Shown here: positions 46,297-56,560 of the stretch, piece after piece | How the letters are laid out: each line of letters opens with the position of its first letter | Numbering within the stretch: the stretch's first letter is position 1 | Source of the DNA: Cenarchaeum sp. | Lineage (GTDB): Archaea > Thermoproteota > Nitrososphaeria > Nitrososphaerales > Nitrosopumilaceae | Direction: 5' to 3' | Assembly (NCBI GenBank): GCA_965242695.1 | Contig: CBDESU010000001.1 | Span: 1,536,001-1,600,000 of the forward strand | Length of the DNA stretch: 64,000 bases | Translations under genes and position numbers: made by a program | The notes under the pieces: model-generated | Database searches by the model: none | What the model saw: only the letters and a program-made list of their open reading frames with translations | What the model was told of the DNA's origin: nothing

Positions 46297-49200
46297 CTAC
46301 GGCTCGGTGCACTGGGCGTTGTACGTGACGCTCTGGGTGATCGTCTCACCCTGCACCGCACTGTACTGGGTCAGGTTCAGCTTGAACCACAGCTGCCTGT
46401 CGTCCCCGCCTCCGAGCCCCGCGGCCACGGCCGTCCCCCCGCCGACGGCCGCATATGCGCCGCCCTCGATCTCTTCGCGCACCTCGGTCAGGCTGGCCGG
46501 CAGGGACACGTCGACCCTAGCAACAAGGGCGCTCGAGGCCGTGCCGTTGCCTGTCATGGACACGGGGGAGGGCAGGGACGGCGCCCCGGCGCCCGCGGAC
46601 GAGCCGGCGCCCAGGTTCGGCTGCCACCGCGTCGCCTCGATCCCGACGCGCTCAAACTCCGCCGATCCCGTGTTGAACAGCCTCTGCGAGACGGGTGTAG
46701 AGTACCCTTTCAGCCTCGCATCGTCGATCCTCAGGTCGGGCTTTTCAAGAGCTACCGAGCAGGTATGGTACACGGGGGGAGGCATCGCATCGTTTGCGGG
46801 CTTGACTGTGCCGAACCGGGTCAGGTGGTACGTGTATATGACCATGTCGCCGTCCGACTCGATCCGGCACTCGCCCGTGCCGTTCAGGTGGCGCTCCACC
46901 CTGGCGGTGTCGTCGGCGGCGCATGCCGCGTCGATCGGTGTGATCTGGCCGCCGGCGCCCGCAATATAGAACGCGCGGCCTTTGGCCTGCCCCTCGAGGG
47001 ATATGCGGACGGGCTTGTCGAATACGATGCGCACATCCTCGTCGCCGACCTCGACGACCTTCTGCAGCACGACCGCGCCCGATCCGTCGTAGGCTAGGCT
47101 GCGCTGGATGCTAGAGTTTGACGGCAGGTCGCCTGCTGCGACCACGCGCAGGACGAGCATGCCGTCGGCCGGCACGGACGTCGCAGTCGTATTTGGCTGG
47201 AAGGACACGGATGCAAACGACGTCGTCACTGTCGCGCCGCGCTGCGGGAACTGCACGGTTCCGCCGGCGATCCCGGCACCGGGCAGTCCGGACACGTCGA
47301 TCGTGACGTTCACGCCTGGCCCCCTGTCGGCAAGGTCGCCCTGGCCTGCCGGCACCCCGCCAGGCCCGATGGCAACCGTCGGGGCGTTGTCGGTCTGATT
47401 GCCCGGTCCTCCGCCGTTCGGGTCTACGGGCCCGCCGCCGTTCGGGTCTACGGGCCCGCCGTCCGTACGGGTGGTATTGATCAATATGCCGGCAAGCGGA
47501 CCGGGCGAGCCCTGGTCCGGCAGCGTCCGGTTCGCCGCGTTGCCCGCCGCATCCACGATCGAGCCTGCGTCGCCTAGCGCCCCCGCACCTGCATGGCGCA
47601 GGCCGCCCGGCGCGCTGTCGCCCTGCTGCACCACGTACATGAACATGAGCTCTGCGGCGCTACCCGTGCCCTGCACGTACGATGCGCTTCTGGGAGGTGT
47701 GGTGGCAAGGGCCAGCATCGGATTGCCCGTTACGGTGACGGCCTTGTCAAAGGTGACTGTAATGTTGATCGACTGGTCGATGCCGTACGTGCCGTCGGAC
47801 GAAGCGGAATCGACCGAGAGTACGCGTGGCGGCACGGCATCCACCAGGATGCCAGGCCCGGCAAACGCGCTCGGGGGCGGCAGAGTCAAGTTTGCCGCGT
47901 TGCTGGCCGCATCCGCGATCGAGCCAGGGCTCACGCTGAGCGCATCCGTGCCGGCATGTCGCAGGCCGTCGGAGGTGCTGTCGCCAAGCTGCACCATGTA
48001 CCTGAACGTGAGCTCTGCGGCGCTGCCCGTGCCCTGCACGTACGATGCGCTTCTGGGAGGTGTGGTGGCAAGGGCCAGCATCGGAATGCCTGTTACGGTG
48101 ACATCCTCGTCAAAGGTGACGGCAATGTCGATTGTCCGGCCGATGCCGTACGTGCCGGCTGGCAAAGTAGAGTCGACCGCAAGCACGCGGGGCGGGGCGG
48201 TATCCAGCATGATGGCAGGTCCGGCAAAGTCGCCCGGTGCCGGCAGGATCCGGTTTGCCGCGTTGCCGGCCGCGTCCACGACAGAGCCGGCGGTGAGCGC
48301 GCCCGTGCCGTTGTGGCGCAGTCCGTCGGGCGCGCTGTCGCCCGGCCGCACCTCGTAGGAGAACGAGAGCATTGCGGTGCCGTTTCCCGAGAGGTACGAG
48401 GCGGATGCTACGCCGCCGTCCCCTGCGGCCACGTTCAGAGCCAGCGACGGGCCGTCAGGGCCGACCGCCCAGACCGGCTCGGAGTAGTTTAGGGCCACCA
48501 CGATGCGCGAGCCGTTGGTGTACGTATCGCTGGCGTTGGGCGAGTAGATGGCCTCCAGCACAGGTGGTTCCATGTCGAATGTAATACCGTGCACCGCCAA
48601 GAGCGAGCCGCCTGCGGGGCCCGTCCACGGGAGGGCCGTCAGTGCCGTCACGTTCTTCGGCCCTGCCGCAATGTCCGAGCCGTTCAGCATCAGCGCCGTG
48701 TCCGGATAGTGATCAAAGTCGGCTTCCGCATCGTTCTCCTGCACCGTGTACGTAAACTGCAGTGTCCTAGTCGTCTCACTGTAGTCGTATGGCACGAGCG
48801 TCGCGTTGCGTTCGGGGCCGAGCGCCAGGTACGGAATCCCGGCCGTCGTGTTGACCCTCGCCAGGTTCGTGTTGAACGAGACGTCCACAAGGACCGATCT
48901 GCCGGCCGACAGTACGTTCGCGTTGATCGCGCTGCCTGGAGTGGCCGGATCCGGCGCTGCCGTGACGCTCTTGACCGCCGGCAGGACAAATTCGTCGTAC
49001 ACCACTAATCTATTAGCGGTGCTTATCGCAGCAAGGCGGTTGTCGGAGTCGAAGCCCACCCCCACGACAGTCCCGAAGCCGCCAAATATGAGTACGGGCC
49101 TGTCGCTTGCAAGCCCTGTAGGGACTCCGTCATCCGTCGTGTTCAGCAGGAACACCTGGACGCGCTCGTTGGCGCTGTCAGCCACCGCCAAGAAGCGGCC

Positions 49201-50004
49201 GTCGCCGCTGAACGCGGCGTCTATGGGTCGACTAAACTGCCCTTCTGCGCCACCTTTCGTATCTACTGGACCTACTTTGAACAACTCCTCGTGTCCCTTG
49301 CTTATGTTGAAGATTCCGATGAAATGACCGTTTTGAGCATTACCACTAGGCCCAGAGCTAACTATCGCCAAAAGCCCTCCGGGGCCAACATCCATGCCGT
49401 CGGGAGAATCGTACTGAGATGGCAGGGTCAGTGTGCCCGCATGCGTGCCGTTGGGGTGATAGTAGATCACATCCGTGGCACTGCCGTAGGCCACATAGGT
49501 GCGCCCTTCGGGAGTCACGGCAATCCCTTTCAGTTGATTGAACGTGACGCCCGGCGGCGCGGCAAGGTTGCTGTGGTGCGAGCCGTTGAGCAGGAATATC
49601 AGGATGCGCGGGGTCGGCTGCCGATCCAGTACGAATATGTGCGTCGAGTTTAGCGCAGCGCCGGTGGGGCGAGTAAGATCGCCGTCTCCGCCAGATGTGC
49701 CTATCGTGTAGTTGTAGTTGTAATCCCTGTCGAGCACCACCACCCTCTGATTGTTTCGATCTACCACATAGATGCGCCCTTCACGGTCAAATGCGACATC
49801 TTGGGGCGTACCGTATGTGGTGGAGCTGCCGAGGATCGTTGTGCTGGCTGGCAACAAGATCTTGCCGTTGGGATTGAACTCGGGGAGCGACTCATCCGTC
49901 TGGGCCGTCGCATCCCCCAGCAACATGGCCGGCGCAAGTGTAGCAGCCAGAGCAACGGCAACGGCACAGGCCGCCAAGCGGGCGGACGGACATAGTCCGT
50001 TCAT
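46297..50004 (-). CDS. Large secreted surface protein: NHL beta-propeller, 4 Ig-like repeats and C-terminal module
   Basis: Signal peptide; NHL repeats; ~120-aa repeats (PPRV..V.S...GTY.IG..I.I.VTF...DAAGNAA); Gly/Pro linker; C-terminal YTYHLTRFG...QSVTY.AQC. Confidence 0.85.
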   Translation of the reverse strand: MNGLCPSARLAACAVAVALAATLAPAMLLGDATAQTDESLPEFNPNGKILLPASTTILGSSTTYGTPQDVAFDREGRIYVVDRNNQRVVVLDRDYNYNYTIGTSGGDGDLTRPTGAALNSTHIFVLDRQPTPRILIFLLNGSHHSNLAAPPGVTFNQLKGIAVTPEGRTYVAYGSATDVIYYHPNGTHAGTLTLPSQYDSPDGMDVGPGGLLAIVSSGPSGNAQNGHFIGIFNISKGHEELFKVGPVDTKGGAEGQFSRPIDAAFSGDGRFLAVADSANERVQVFLLNTTDDGVPTGLASDRPVLIFGGFGTVVGVGFDSDNRLAAISTANRLVVYDEFVLPAVKSVTAAPDPATPGSAINANVLSAGRSVLVDVSFNTNLARVNTTAGIPYLALGPERNATLVPYDYSETTRTLQFTYTVQENDAEADFDHYPDTALMLNGSDIAAGPKNVTALTALPWTGPAGGSLLAVHGITFDMEPPVLEAIYSPNASDTYTNGSRIVVALNYSEPVWAVGPDGPSLALNVAAGDGGVASASYLSGNGTAMLSFSYEVRPGDSAPDGLRHNGTGALTAGSVVDAAGNAANRILPAPGDFAGPAIMLDTAPPRVLAVDSTLPAGTYGIGRTIDIAVTFDEDVTVTGIPMLALATTPPRSASYVQGTGSAAELTFRYMVQLGDSTSDGLRHAGTDALSVSPGSIADAASNAANLTLPPPSAFAGPGILVDAVPPRVLSVDSASSDGTYGIDQSINITVTFDKAVTVTGNPMLALATTPPRSASYVQGTGSAAELMFMYVVQQGDSAPGGLRHAGAGALGDAGSIVDAAGNAANRTLPDQGSPGPLAGILINTTRTDGGPVDPNGGGPVDPNGGGPGNQTDNAPTVAIGPGGVPAGQGDLADRGPGVNVTIDVSGLPGAGIAGGTVQFPQRGATVTTSFASVSFQPNTTATSVPADGMLVLRVVAAGDLPSNSSIQRSLAYDGSGAVVLQKVVEVGDEDVRIVFDKPVRISLEGQAKGRAFYIAGAGGQITPIDAACAADDTARVERHLNGTGECRIESDGDMVIYTYHLTRFGTVKPANDAMPPPVYHTCSVALEKPDLRIDDARLKGYSTPVSQRLFNTGSAEFERVGIEATRWQPNLGAGSSAGAGAPSLPSPVSMTGNGTASSALVARVDVSLPASLTEVREEIEGGAYAAVGGGTAVAAGLGGGDDRQLWFKLNLTQYSAVQGETITQSVTYNAQCTEP

Positions 50005-50183
50005 GCCGGCCAGCGCCGCCCCCCCCCCCCAAGAGCCTTCGCGCCTACACGGGCAGCGCCTGCGGTCAAGCTAGGTGTCAACGGGCGTGCGCCCGGCGGG
50101 GGGTATTTAAGAGTGACAGGCTAGGCGCAGGCGTGCCGACGAGCCATAGCCGACGAGCCGTGCGGATGCACGACGACCACCGG

Positions 50184-53100
50184 CTACGGCTCGGTGCACT
50201 GGGCGCTGTACGTAACGCTCTGGGTGATCGTCTCGGCCTGCACCGCATCGTAGGCGGTCAGGTTCAGCTTGAACCACAGGTCCTTGAAGGCTCCGCCGCC
50301 GAGCCCTGCGGCCACTGCCGTCCCCTCGCCGACGGACGCGTAGGCCCCGCCCCTGCCAGCCTCGCCCACCTCGGTCAGGCCGGCCGGCAGGGACGTGTCG
50401 ACCCTTGCGACAAGGGCGCTCGAGGCCGTACCGTTGCCCGTCATGGACACGGAGGAGGGCAGGGACGGCACTCCGGCATCCGGCGGGGCGTCGCCGCCAG
50501 AGCTGGCCTGCCATCGGGTCGCATCGATCTCGACGCGCTCAAACTGCGCCGATCCCGTGTTGAACAGTTTCTGCGAGACTGGCGTAGAGTGTCCCTCCAG
50601 CCTTGCGTCGTCGATCCTCAGGTCGGGCTTTTCAAGGGCCACCGAGCAGGTATAGTATGCGGGCGGCATCGCGTCGTTCGCGGACGAGACGGTGCCGAAC
50701 CTGGTCAGGTGGTACGTATAGATGACCATGTCGCCGTCCGAGTCGATCCGACACTCGCCCGTGCCGTTGAGGTGGCGGTGCACCCTCTCGCTGTCGTCTG
50801 CCCCGCAAGCATCGTCGATCGGCGTGATCGTGCCGCCGGCGCCCGCAATGTAGAACGCGCGCCCGCCGGCCTGGCCCTCTAGGGATATGCGGACGGGCTT
50901 GTCGAATACGATGCGCGTATTTTCGTCGCCGACCTCGACGACCCTCTGCAGTGCGACTGCACCCGAGCCGTCGTAGGCCAGGCTGCGCTGGATGCTAGAG
51001 TTTGACGGGAGGGCGCCTGCTTCGACCACGCGCAGGACCAGCATGCCGTCGGCCGGCACGGACGTTGCGGTCGTGTTTGGTGGGAAGGACACGGATGCAA
51101 ACGACGTCGACACTGTCGCGCCGCGCTGCGGGAACTGCACGGTTCCGCCGGCCGTCCCGGCGCCGGGCAGTCCGGACACGTCGATCGTGACGTTCACGCC
51201 GGGCCCCCTGTCGGCAAGGTCGCCCCGGCCGTCGGGCATCCAGTCCGGCCCGATGGCAACCGTGGGGGCGTTGCCGGTCTGGTTGCCGGGCCCGCCTCCG
51301 GTCTGGTTGCCCGATCCGCCGCCCATACTGGCAGTGTTGATCATGATGCCAGCAAGGGGAACTGGTGCCGGCAGTGTCAGGTCTGCCGTGTTGCCCACTG
51401 TATCCACGATCGAGCCGCCGCTGAGCGCGCCCGCACCCGCATGTCGCAGTCCGCCCGGTGCGCTGTCGTCCGCCTGCACCTCGTACCTGAATAGGATCTC
51501 AGCATCGCCGTCAGTGTCTGGCACGTATAGCGCACTTCTGGACGGGGTGGTGGCAAGGGCCAGCACGGGGCTTCCAGTTACGGTGACGGCCTCGTTAAAG
51601 GTGACGGCAATGTCGACAGACTGGCCGGCTCGGTACGTGCCGCTCAACGAATCGGACTCGACAGTGAGTACTCGGGGCCGTACGGCGTCCAGCCAGATGC
51701 CCTGTTCGGCGAGCGGGCCCGGGGGCGGCAGGGTCAGATTTGCCGCGTTGCCCACTGCATCCGCGATCGAGTCGCCGCTAGTGCTCAGCGCGCCCGTGCC
51801 GTCGTACCGCAGGCCTTCCGGCGCGCTGTCGCCCGGCTGCACCTCGTACCTGAACAGGAGCTTGTCATCAGCCTCCGTGTCCGGCACGTACGATGCGCTT
51901 TGGGGAGGCGTGGTGGCAAGGGCCAGCATCGGAGTGCCCGTTACGGTGACGTTCTCGTCAAAGGTGACGGCAATGTTGATCGTCTGGCCGATGCCGTACG
52001 TCCCGCGGGGCGAATCGGACTCGACCGAGACTACCCGGGGCGCCACGGCGTCTAGCCAGATACCCTGCCCGGCGAGCGGGCCTGGGGGCGGCAGCGTCCG
52101 GTTTGCCGCGTTGCCGGCCGCGTCCACGATTGTGCCGTCGGCGCCGAGCGCGCCCGTGCCGTCGTATTGCAGGCCGCCGAGCGCGCTGTCGCCCGCCCCC
52201 ACCTCGTACCTGAACAGGATCTCGGCATCGCCGTCAGTGTTCTCCACGTATGTTGCGCTTCTAGGCGGGTCGGTGGCAAGGGCCAGCGTGGGGCTTCCCA
52301 TGATGGTGACGGGCTCGCCAAAGGTGACGGCAATGTCGATCGTCCGGCCGATGCCGTACGTGCCGGCTGGCGTAGTAGAGTTGACCGCAAACACGCGGGG
52401 CGGAACGGTATCCAGCATGATGCCGGGTCTTGCAAAGTCGCCCGGGGCCAGCAGGTCCGGATCCGCCGCGTTGCCGGCCACATCCACGACAGAGCCGCCG
52501 GTGAGCGCGCCCGTGCCGTTGTGGCGCAGGCCCCCTGCTGGCGCGCTGTCGCCCGGCTGCACCTCGTATGAGAATTCGAGTGTAGTGGTGCCGTTGCCCG
52601 AGAGGTACGAGGCAGGGGCGGCAACGCCTCCGCCCTCTGAGATCACGTTCAGGGCTAGCGATGGGCTGTCGGATCCAACCGCCCAGACAGCCTCGGAATA
52701 GTTCAGGGCCACCACGATGCGCGAGCCGTTGGTGTACGTATCGCTGGCGTTGGGCGAGTAGATGGCCTCCAGCACAGGTGGTTCCATGTCGAATGTAATG
52801 CCGTGCGCCGCCAAGAGCGAGCCGCCTGCGGGGCCCGTCCACGGGAGGGCCGTCAGTGCAGTCACGTTCCTCGGCCCCGCCGTGATGGCAGAGCCGTTCA
52901 GCCTCAGCGCGGTATCCGGATAGTGCTCAAAGTCGGACTCCATGTCGTCATCCTGCACCGTGTACGTAAACTGCAGCGTCCTAGTCGTCTCGCTGTAGTT
53001 GTAAGGAACGAGCGTTGCGTTGCGCTCGGGGCCGAGCGCCAGGTACGGCACCCCCGCCGTCGTGTTGACCCTCGCCAAGTCCGTGTTGAACGTGACGTTC

Positions 53101-54224
53101 ACAAGGGCCGAGCTGCCGGCCGACAGTACGCTCGCGTTGATCGCGCTGCCGGCAGTGGCCGGATCCGGCGCGGCCACAACGCTCTTGACCGCCGGCAGGG
53201 CCACTTCGTGCACCTCTACGTGAAATATCCCCACCATGGCAAGGCGGTGGGCCGAGTCGAATCCAACCCCGGTGGTGCCAGTAATGGGGAATACGAATAC
53301 GGGCAGGGCGCTTGCAAGGCCGGTGGCGACTCCGTCGTCCGTCGTGTTCAGCCTGAACACCTGGACGCGGTTGTTCGCGGAGTCGGCCACCGCCAAGAGG
53401 CGGCCGTCGCTGCTGAACTTGACATCGCGGGGCCGGTCTAACTCCCCCTCGTCGCTGCTTCTCGTCCCCACTGTGCCTATTACAAACACCTCCCGGTGAT
53501 CGTCGCTCATGTTGAGGATGCGGACGGCATTACCAGCACCAGAGGTCCCGGCTTCAGCTAGCGCCAAGAGCCCTCCGCGCCCAACATCCATGCCGTCGGG
53601 TCCGCTGTTAGTCGATCTGGTCAGCGTGCCCTCAAGTGTTCCGTTGGGGTGATAGTATCGTACTATTACACCGTCATCAGCCACGTAGATGCGCCCCTCG
53701 GGGGTGATGGTTATGCCCTTCGGGTTATTCAGACCCGTTACAAAGGTGTGGGAAAACGAACCGTTGGGCAGAAATACCATGACGCGGTTGTTGGGACCGT
53801 CCAATGCAAATATGTGCTGGGTCGAATTCAACTCAACTCCGGTGGCACGATTAAACTGACCTGGTCCACTTCCCTGTACGCCTTCATAGGTGGTCGGGTT
53901 GATGTTTCCTATCCTGTCGACGAGATTGTACTCTCTGTCAAGCACCACCAGCCTGTAATTTCTCTGATCGGCCAGCAACATGCGATCCTCGCGGTCAAAG
54001 GTGACTTCGCGGAGGTATTGGTATTTGTCGAGGCTGCCGGACTTTGACAGCGTGCTGTTGCCGTCATCTTTGAACAGCAGGGTGCCGCTAGGAGCGAACT
54101 CGGGGAGCGACTCATCCGTCTGGGCCGCGGCCTCACCCAGCAGCATGGCCGGCGCCAAGGCGGCCGCCAGCGCAACGGCCGCGGCGCAGACCGCCAAGCG
54201 GGCGGACGTACAGCGCCCGCTCAT
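50184..54224 (-). CDS. Tandem paralogue of 46297..50004 with 5 Ig-like repeats
   Basis: Same architecture. Near-identical repeats 1-2 and C-terminus; divergent NHL head. Confidence 0.85.
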   Translation of the reverse strand: MSGRCTSARLAVCAAAVALAAALAPAMLLGEAAAQTDESLPEFAPSGTLLFKDDGNSTLSKSGSLDKYQYLREVTFDREDRMLLADQRNYRLVVLDREYNLVDRIGNINPTTYEGVQGSGPGQFNRATGVELNSTQHIFALDGPNNRVMVFLPNGSFSHTFVTGLNNPKGITITPEGRIYVADDGVIVRYYHPNGTLEGTLTRSTNSGPDGMDVGRGGLLALAEAGTSGAGNAVRILNMSDDHREVFVIGTVGTRSSDEGELDRPRDVKFSSDGRLLAVADSANNRVQVFRLNTTDDGVATGLASALPVFVFPITGTTGVGFDSAHRLAMVGIFHVEVHEVALPAVKSVVAAPDPATAGSAINASVLSAGSSALVNVTFNTDLARVNTTAGVPYLALGPERNATLVPYNYSETTRTLQFTYTVQDDDMESDFEHYPDTALRLNGSAITAGPRNVTALTALPWTGPAGGSLLAAHGITFDMEPPVLEAIYSPNASDTYTNGSRIVVALNYSEAVWAVGSDSPSLALNVISEGGGVAAPASYLSGNGTTTLEFSYEVQPGDSAPAGGLRHNGTGALTGGSVVDVAGNAADPDLLAPGDFARPGIMLDTVPPRVFAVNSTTPAGTYGIGRTIDIAVTFGEPVTIMGSPTLALATDPPRSATYVENTDGDAEILFRYEVGAGDSALGGLQYDGTGALGADGTIVDAAGNAANRTLPPPGPLAGQGIWLDAVAPRVVSVESDSPRGTYGIGQTINIAVTFDENVTVTGTPMLALATTPPQSASYVPDTEADDKLLFRYEVQPGDSAPEGLRYDGTGALSTSGDSIADAVGNAANLTLPPPGPLAEQGIWLDAVRPRVLTVESDSLSGTYRAGQSVDIAVTFNEAVTVTGSPVLALATTPSRSALYVPDTDGDAEILFRYEVQADDSAPGGLRHAGAGALSGGSIVDTVGNTADLTLPAPVPLAGIMINTASMGGGSGNQTGGGPGNQTGNAPTVAIGPDWMPDGRGDLADRGPGVNVTIDVSGLPGAGTAGGTVQFPQRGATVSTSFASVSFPPNTTATSVPADGMLVLRVVEAGALPSNSSIQRSLAYDGSGAVALQRVVEVGDENTRIVFDKPVRISLEGQAGGRAFYIAGAGGTITPIDDACGADDSERVHRHLNGTGECRIDSDGDMVIYTYHLTRFGTVSSANDAMPPAYYTCSVALEKPDLRIDDARLEGHSTPVSQKLFNTGSAQFERVEIDATRWQASSGGDAPPDAGVPSLPSSVSMTGNGTASSALVARVDTSLPAGLTEVGEAGRGGAYASVGEGTAVAAGLGGGAFKDLWFKLNLTAYDAVQAETITQSVTYSAQCTEP

Positions 54225-54345
54225 ACCGGCCAGCGGCGCCCCCCCCCCCACGAGCCTTCGCGGCGGCACGGGCAGCGCCCGCGGTCAAGCTACACGACAA
54301 CGGGCGTGCGCTCGGCGGGGGGTATTTAACAATGACGGGCGCAAC

Positions 54346-54424
54346 GCCGTGTTTCATAGCCGCGCGGCAGGCGCCTGCGGCGCAGATGCGCATAGGCGTC
54401 GGAATGAACCCTGCTCAACGCGGC
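54346..54424 (+). ncRNA. Nested hairpin element, copy 4 (diverged)
   Basis: GCCGTGTT...GCCGCGC...GGCGCCTG...TAGGCGTCGGAATGAACC...AACGCGGC; about 20 nt downstream of TATTTAA. Confidence 0.4.
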
Positions 54425-54511
54425 ATCGCGCAGGCAGGGATCCCGCCTGCCGATTCTGCCTAGGATCTAGACGGCTTTTTGGCGGTATTGGCCAATCTGC
54501 GAGCGGCCTCT

Positions 54512-54613
54512 GGCACAGGGGCGCACGGCGAGGGCCTGCACGCCCGCCGCCGGGCCCCGCCTCGACTGCGTCGCCGGCCGCACGGCACAGGGGCGCACGG
54601 CGAGGGCCTGCAC
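54512..54613 (+). repeat. Two perfect 30-bp direct repeats (GGCACAGGGGCGCACGGCGAGGGCCTGCAC), period 72 bp
   Basis: Copies at 54512-54541 and 54584-54613. Confidence 0.85.
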
Positions 54614-54881
54614 CCCGCATCAAGAGCCGGAACGGGCAACCGCTAGCACACTGCCCAGCATTCCTGCGAACCCTCGCAGAGGCCCTCCGCAGGCAAGAAG
54701 ATCCAGGCGCTATGGCCAGGCACTGCGCGCACCCGGGCAGGGGCCGCCGCAGCAGCCGCGCATGGCGCGTCAGGGCGGGCGCCGTAGAGGCGGGCGGCTT
54801 GAAGGCGGATGCGCACGCCCCGGCCTCCCAGCTTCGCGCGCATCCGGCAGGTTGATAAGCCGCCCCCGGCGCGGCCCGGCC

Positions 54882-55184
54882 GTGTCGTCCGAGATTGACG
54901 CCGGCAGGGATGCGTACCTGTTCACGCACGGGAGGTCAGACCTCGAGGAAAAGGCGATCGCCGCCCTCGTCTCGAGGGGCTTTGCCAGGGAAAAGATCAC
55001 GGTTGCGCGCCCCGACAAGGCCGGCCAGCCAGGCGACTACATGGCCATGCTGTGGATGCCCCCGAACCCGGACCACATCAAGGTGCAGAGGATCACCGCG
55101 GTGGAGCCGGCCGAGCCGGTCGGCATGATCGGCGTGTGGAAGGGCGTGAGCAAGGACGACCTGTTTACCGTGCCGCTCGCCTAG
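54882..55184 (+). CDS. Small hypothetical protein, probably a conserved thaumarchaeal family
   Basis: GTG start SSEIDAGRDAYLFTHGR...YMAMLWMPPNPDHIKVQRIT...GVWKGVSKDDL. Confidence 0.75.
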   Translation: MSSEIDAGRDAYLFTHGRSDLEEKAIAALVSRGFAREKITVARPDKAGQPGDYMAMLWMPPNPDHIKVQRITAVEPAEPVGMIGVWKGVSKDDLFTVPLA

Positions 55185-55303
55185 CGCCAGAGCGGGCCGG
55201 ACGCGCGCGCATTGCATCGCCCCAGCGGCCGCCTGCCGCGCCGCCCGCCCTCGCCCCGGTCCGCCCGGCGGCGGACTTCCGCGCACCGAGCCGCCCGCCA
55301 GGC

Positions 55304-55564
55304 CTAGCTGAACCCCGCGCCGAACCGGTCGCCCTCCTGCAGGGGATCGGCCGATGCGGGGGCAGACTTTAGCTTTAGGTACAGCAGGGCCTCGTAGACG
55401 AGCTGCTCGGCCTCGGCGCGGCCTGCGACGCCGGGGCGTCCGGCGGCGTCCGCAAAGTACGGATCGAGGCGCGCCGCGTCCTGCTCGTCGGCAGACACGC
55501 CGTCCCGCTCGAGGATGCCGGCCATCCTAGAGACCTCTTCGTCGCCGTACCCCGGTTCGCCCAC
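55304..55564 (-). CDS. Small hypothetical protein
   Basis: ...LVYEALLYLKLK...DPLQEGDRFGAGFS; TAAAT-type promoter nearby. Confidence 0.65.
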   Translation of the reverse strand: MGEPGYGDEEVSRMAGILERDGVSADEQDAARLDPYFADAAGRPGVAGRAEAEQLVYEALLYLKLKSAPASADPLQEGDRFGAGFS

Positions 55565-55956
55565 GCGCGGGCCCCGCCGGCGCCGGTAAATAGGCTTGCG
55601 GAATCCGCGGCAGGATGCCGCGTGCAAAAGGCGGCGGCCCTTGTCAGGGCAGGCGCCAGGCGCCCCTGGACAGCCCCGCAGGGCCCGGCATCATGCGCCC
55701 GTACGCCGGCGCCCTGCGCATGGGCGCGCCAGGGCCGCGCCGGAGCGCCCATTGCGGGGCCGCTCGAAGAGCCTGCCGGTGGGCGCGGGCGTTCGGCCTG
55801 GCGCCCCTGTAGTGCACACCCAACTGCCCCGGGATGCCGCGGACGGCGCCCGCCCGCCTTCCCCCTCCACAACCGCAAGCCCCCGGCTAGCGGTTCCGCC
55901 TAGGCGGCCCGCGGCGCCCTGTACCCGGCTGCCGCCGCGCATGCGCGCGCCAAGAT

Positions 55957-56442
55957 TCACGCATTGGGGCCGATCTTGAGCTTCTTTATTCTCCTGCCGT
56001 CCCGCCTCATCTGCCGCTCCCGATCTATGAGCCATGCGGCGTCTTGGAGGACGGCGTCGCTGGTAATCAGCTTTTGCGACATTGGATCCAGCAATGCTTG
56101 GGCTGCCACGAACGCGTCCGTATTCGTCATTCCCTTGACGTTCGTCATTATCTGACCCGCCAGCTCGGCCGTCTCGGGGTCTGGCGGCGGAAAGCAGGTG
56201 CCGGGATCCGCAACCCCCTCAGCCATCCGCAGCATCTTGCGTACGGGATCCTCCCACTCGCCGGGGCCGTAGTCCCTCATAGCGGTCGTGACCGCCTCGC
56301 CGATGACGATCTGAGGCACCTTTACGTCGTAGTCGCCGGACGCGAGGCGGGCGAAGATGCGAGCCGCCTTCTTCCGGTCGGCAGGCTTTTTCGCCATGAT
56401 CTCCCTCAGACCCCACGTGTCCACGTATGTGACAATGCCCAT
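55957..56442 (-). CDS. PIN-domain (VapC-like) ribonuclease, copy 1
   Basis: YVDTW...VPQIVIGEA...TDAFVAAQAL...LITSD: all four acidic PIN positions are present. Confidence 0.85.
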   Translation of the reverse strand: MGIVTYVDTWGLREIMAKKPADRKKAARIFARLASGDYDVKVPQIVIGEAVTTAMRDYGPGEWEDPVRKMLRMAEGVADPGTCFPPPDPETAELAGQIMTNVKGMTNTDAFVAAQALLDPMSQKLITSDAVLQDAAWLIDRERQMRRDGRRIKKLKIGPNA

Positions 56443-56560
56443 GCCGGCCCCCCCCCCAAACTTGGGTTATTTAACTTATAGGTGTTTTATATAGGTATTT
56501 GGCCATGTCGATTGCCCGCAGTCCAAAGTCTTATAAGGCCTCCGTTGCGCGCGCCCGGCC
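56443..56560. promoter_or_regulatory. AT-rich divergent promoter between PIN and the array (second copy 61582..61695)
   Basis: TTATTTAACTTATA, TTTATATA and CTTATAA boxes are conserved in both modules. Confidence 0.65.
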
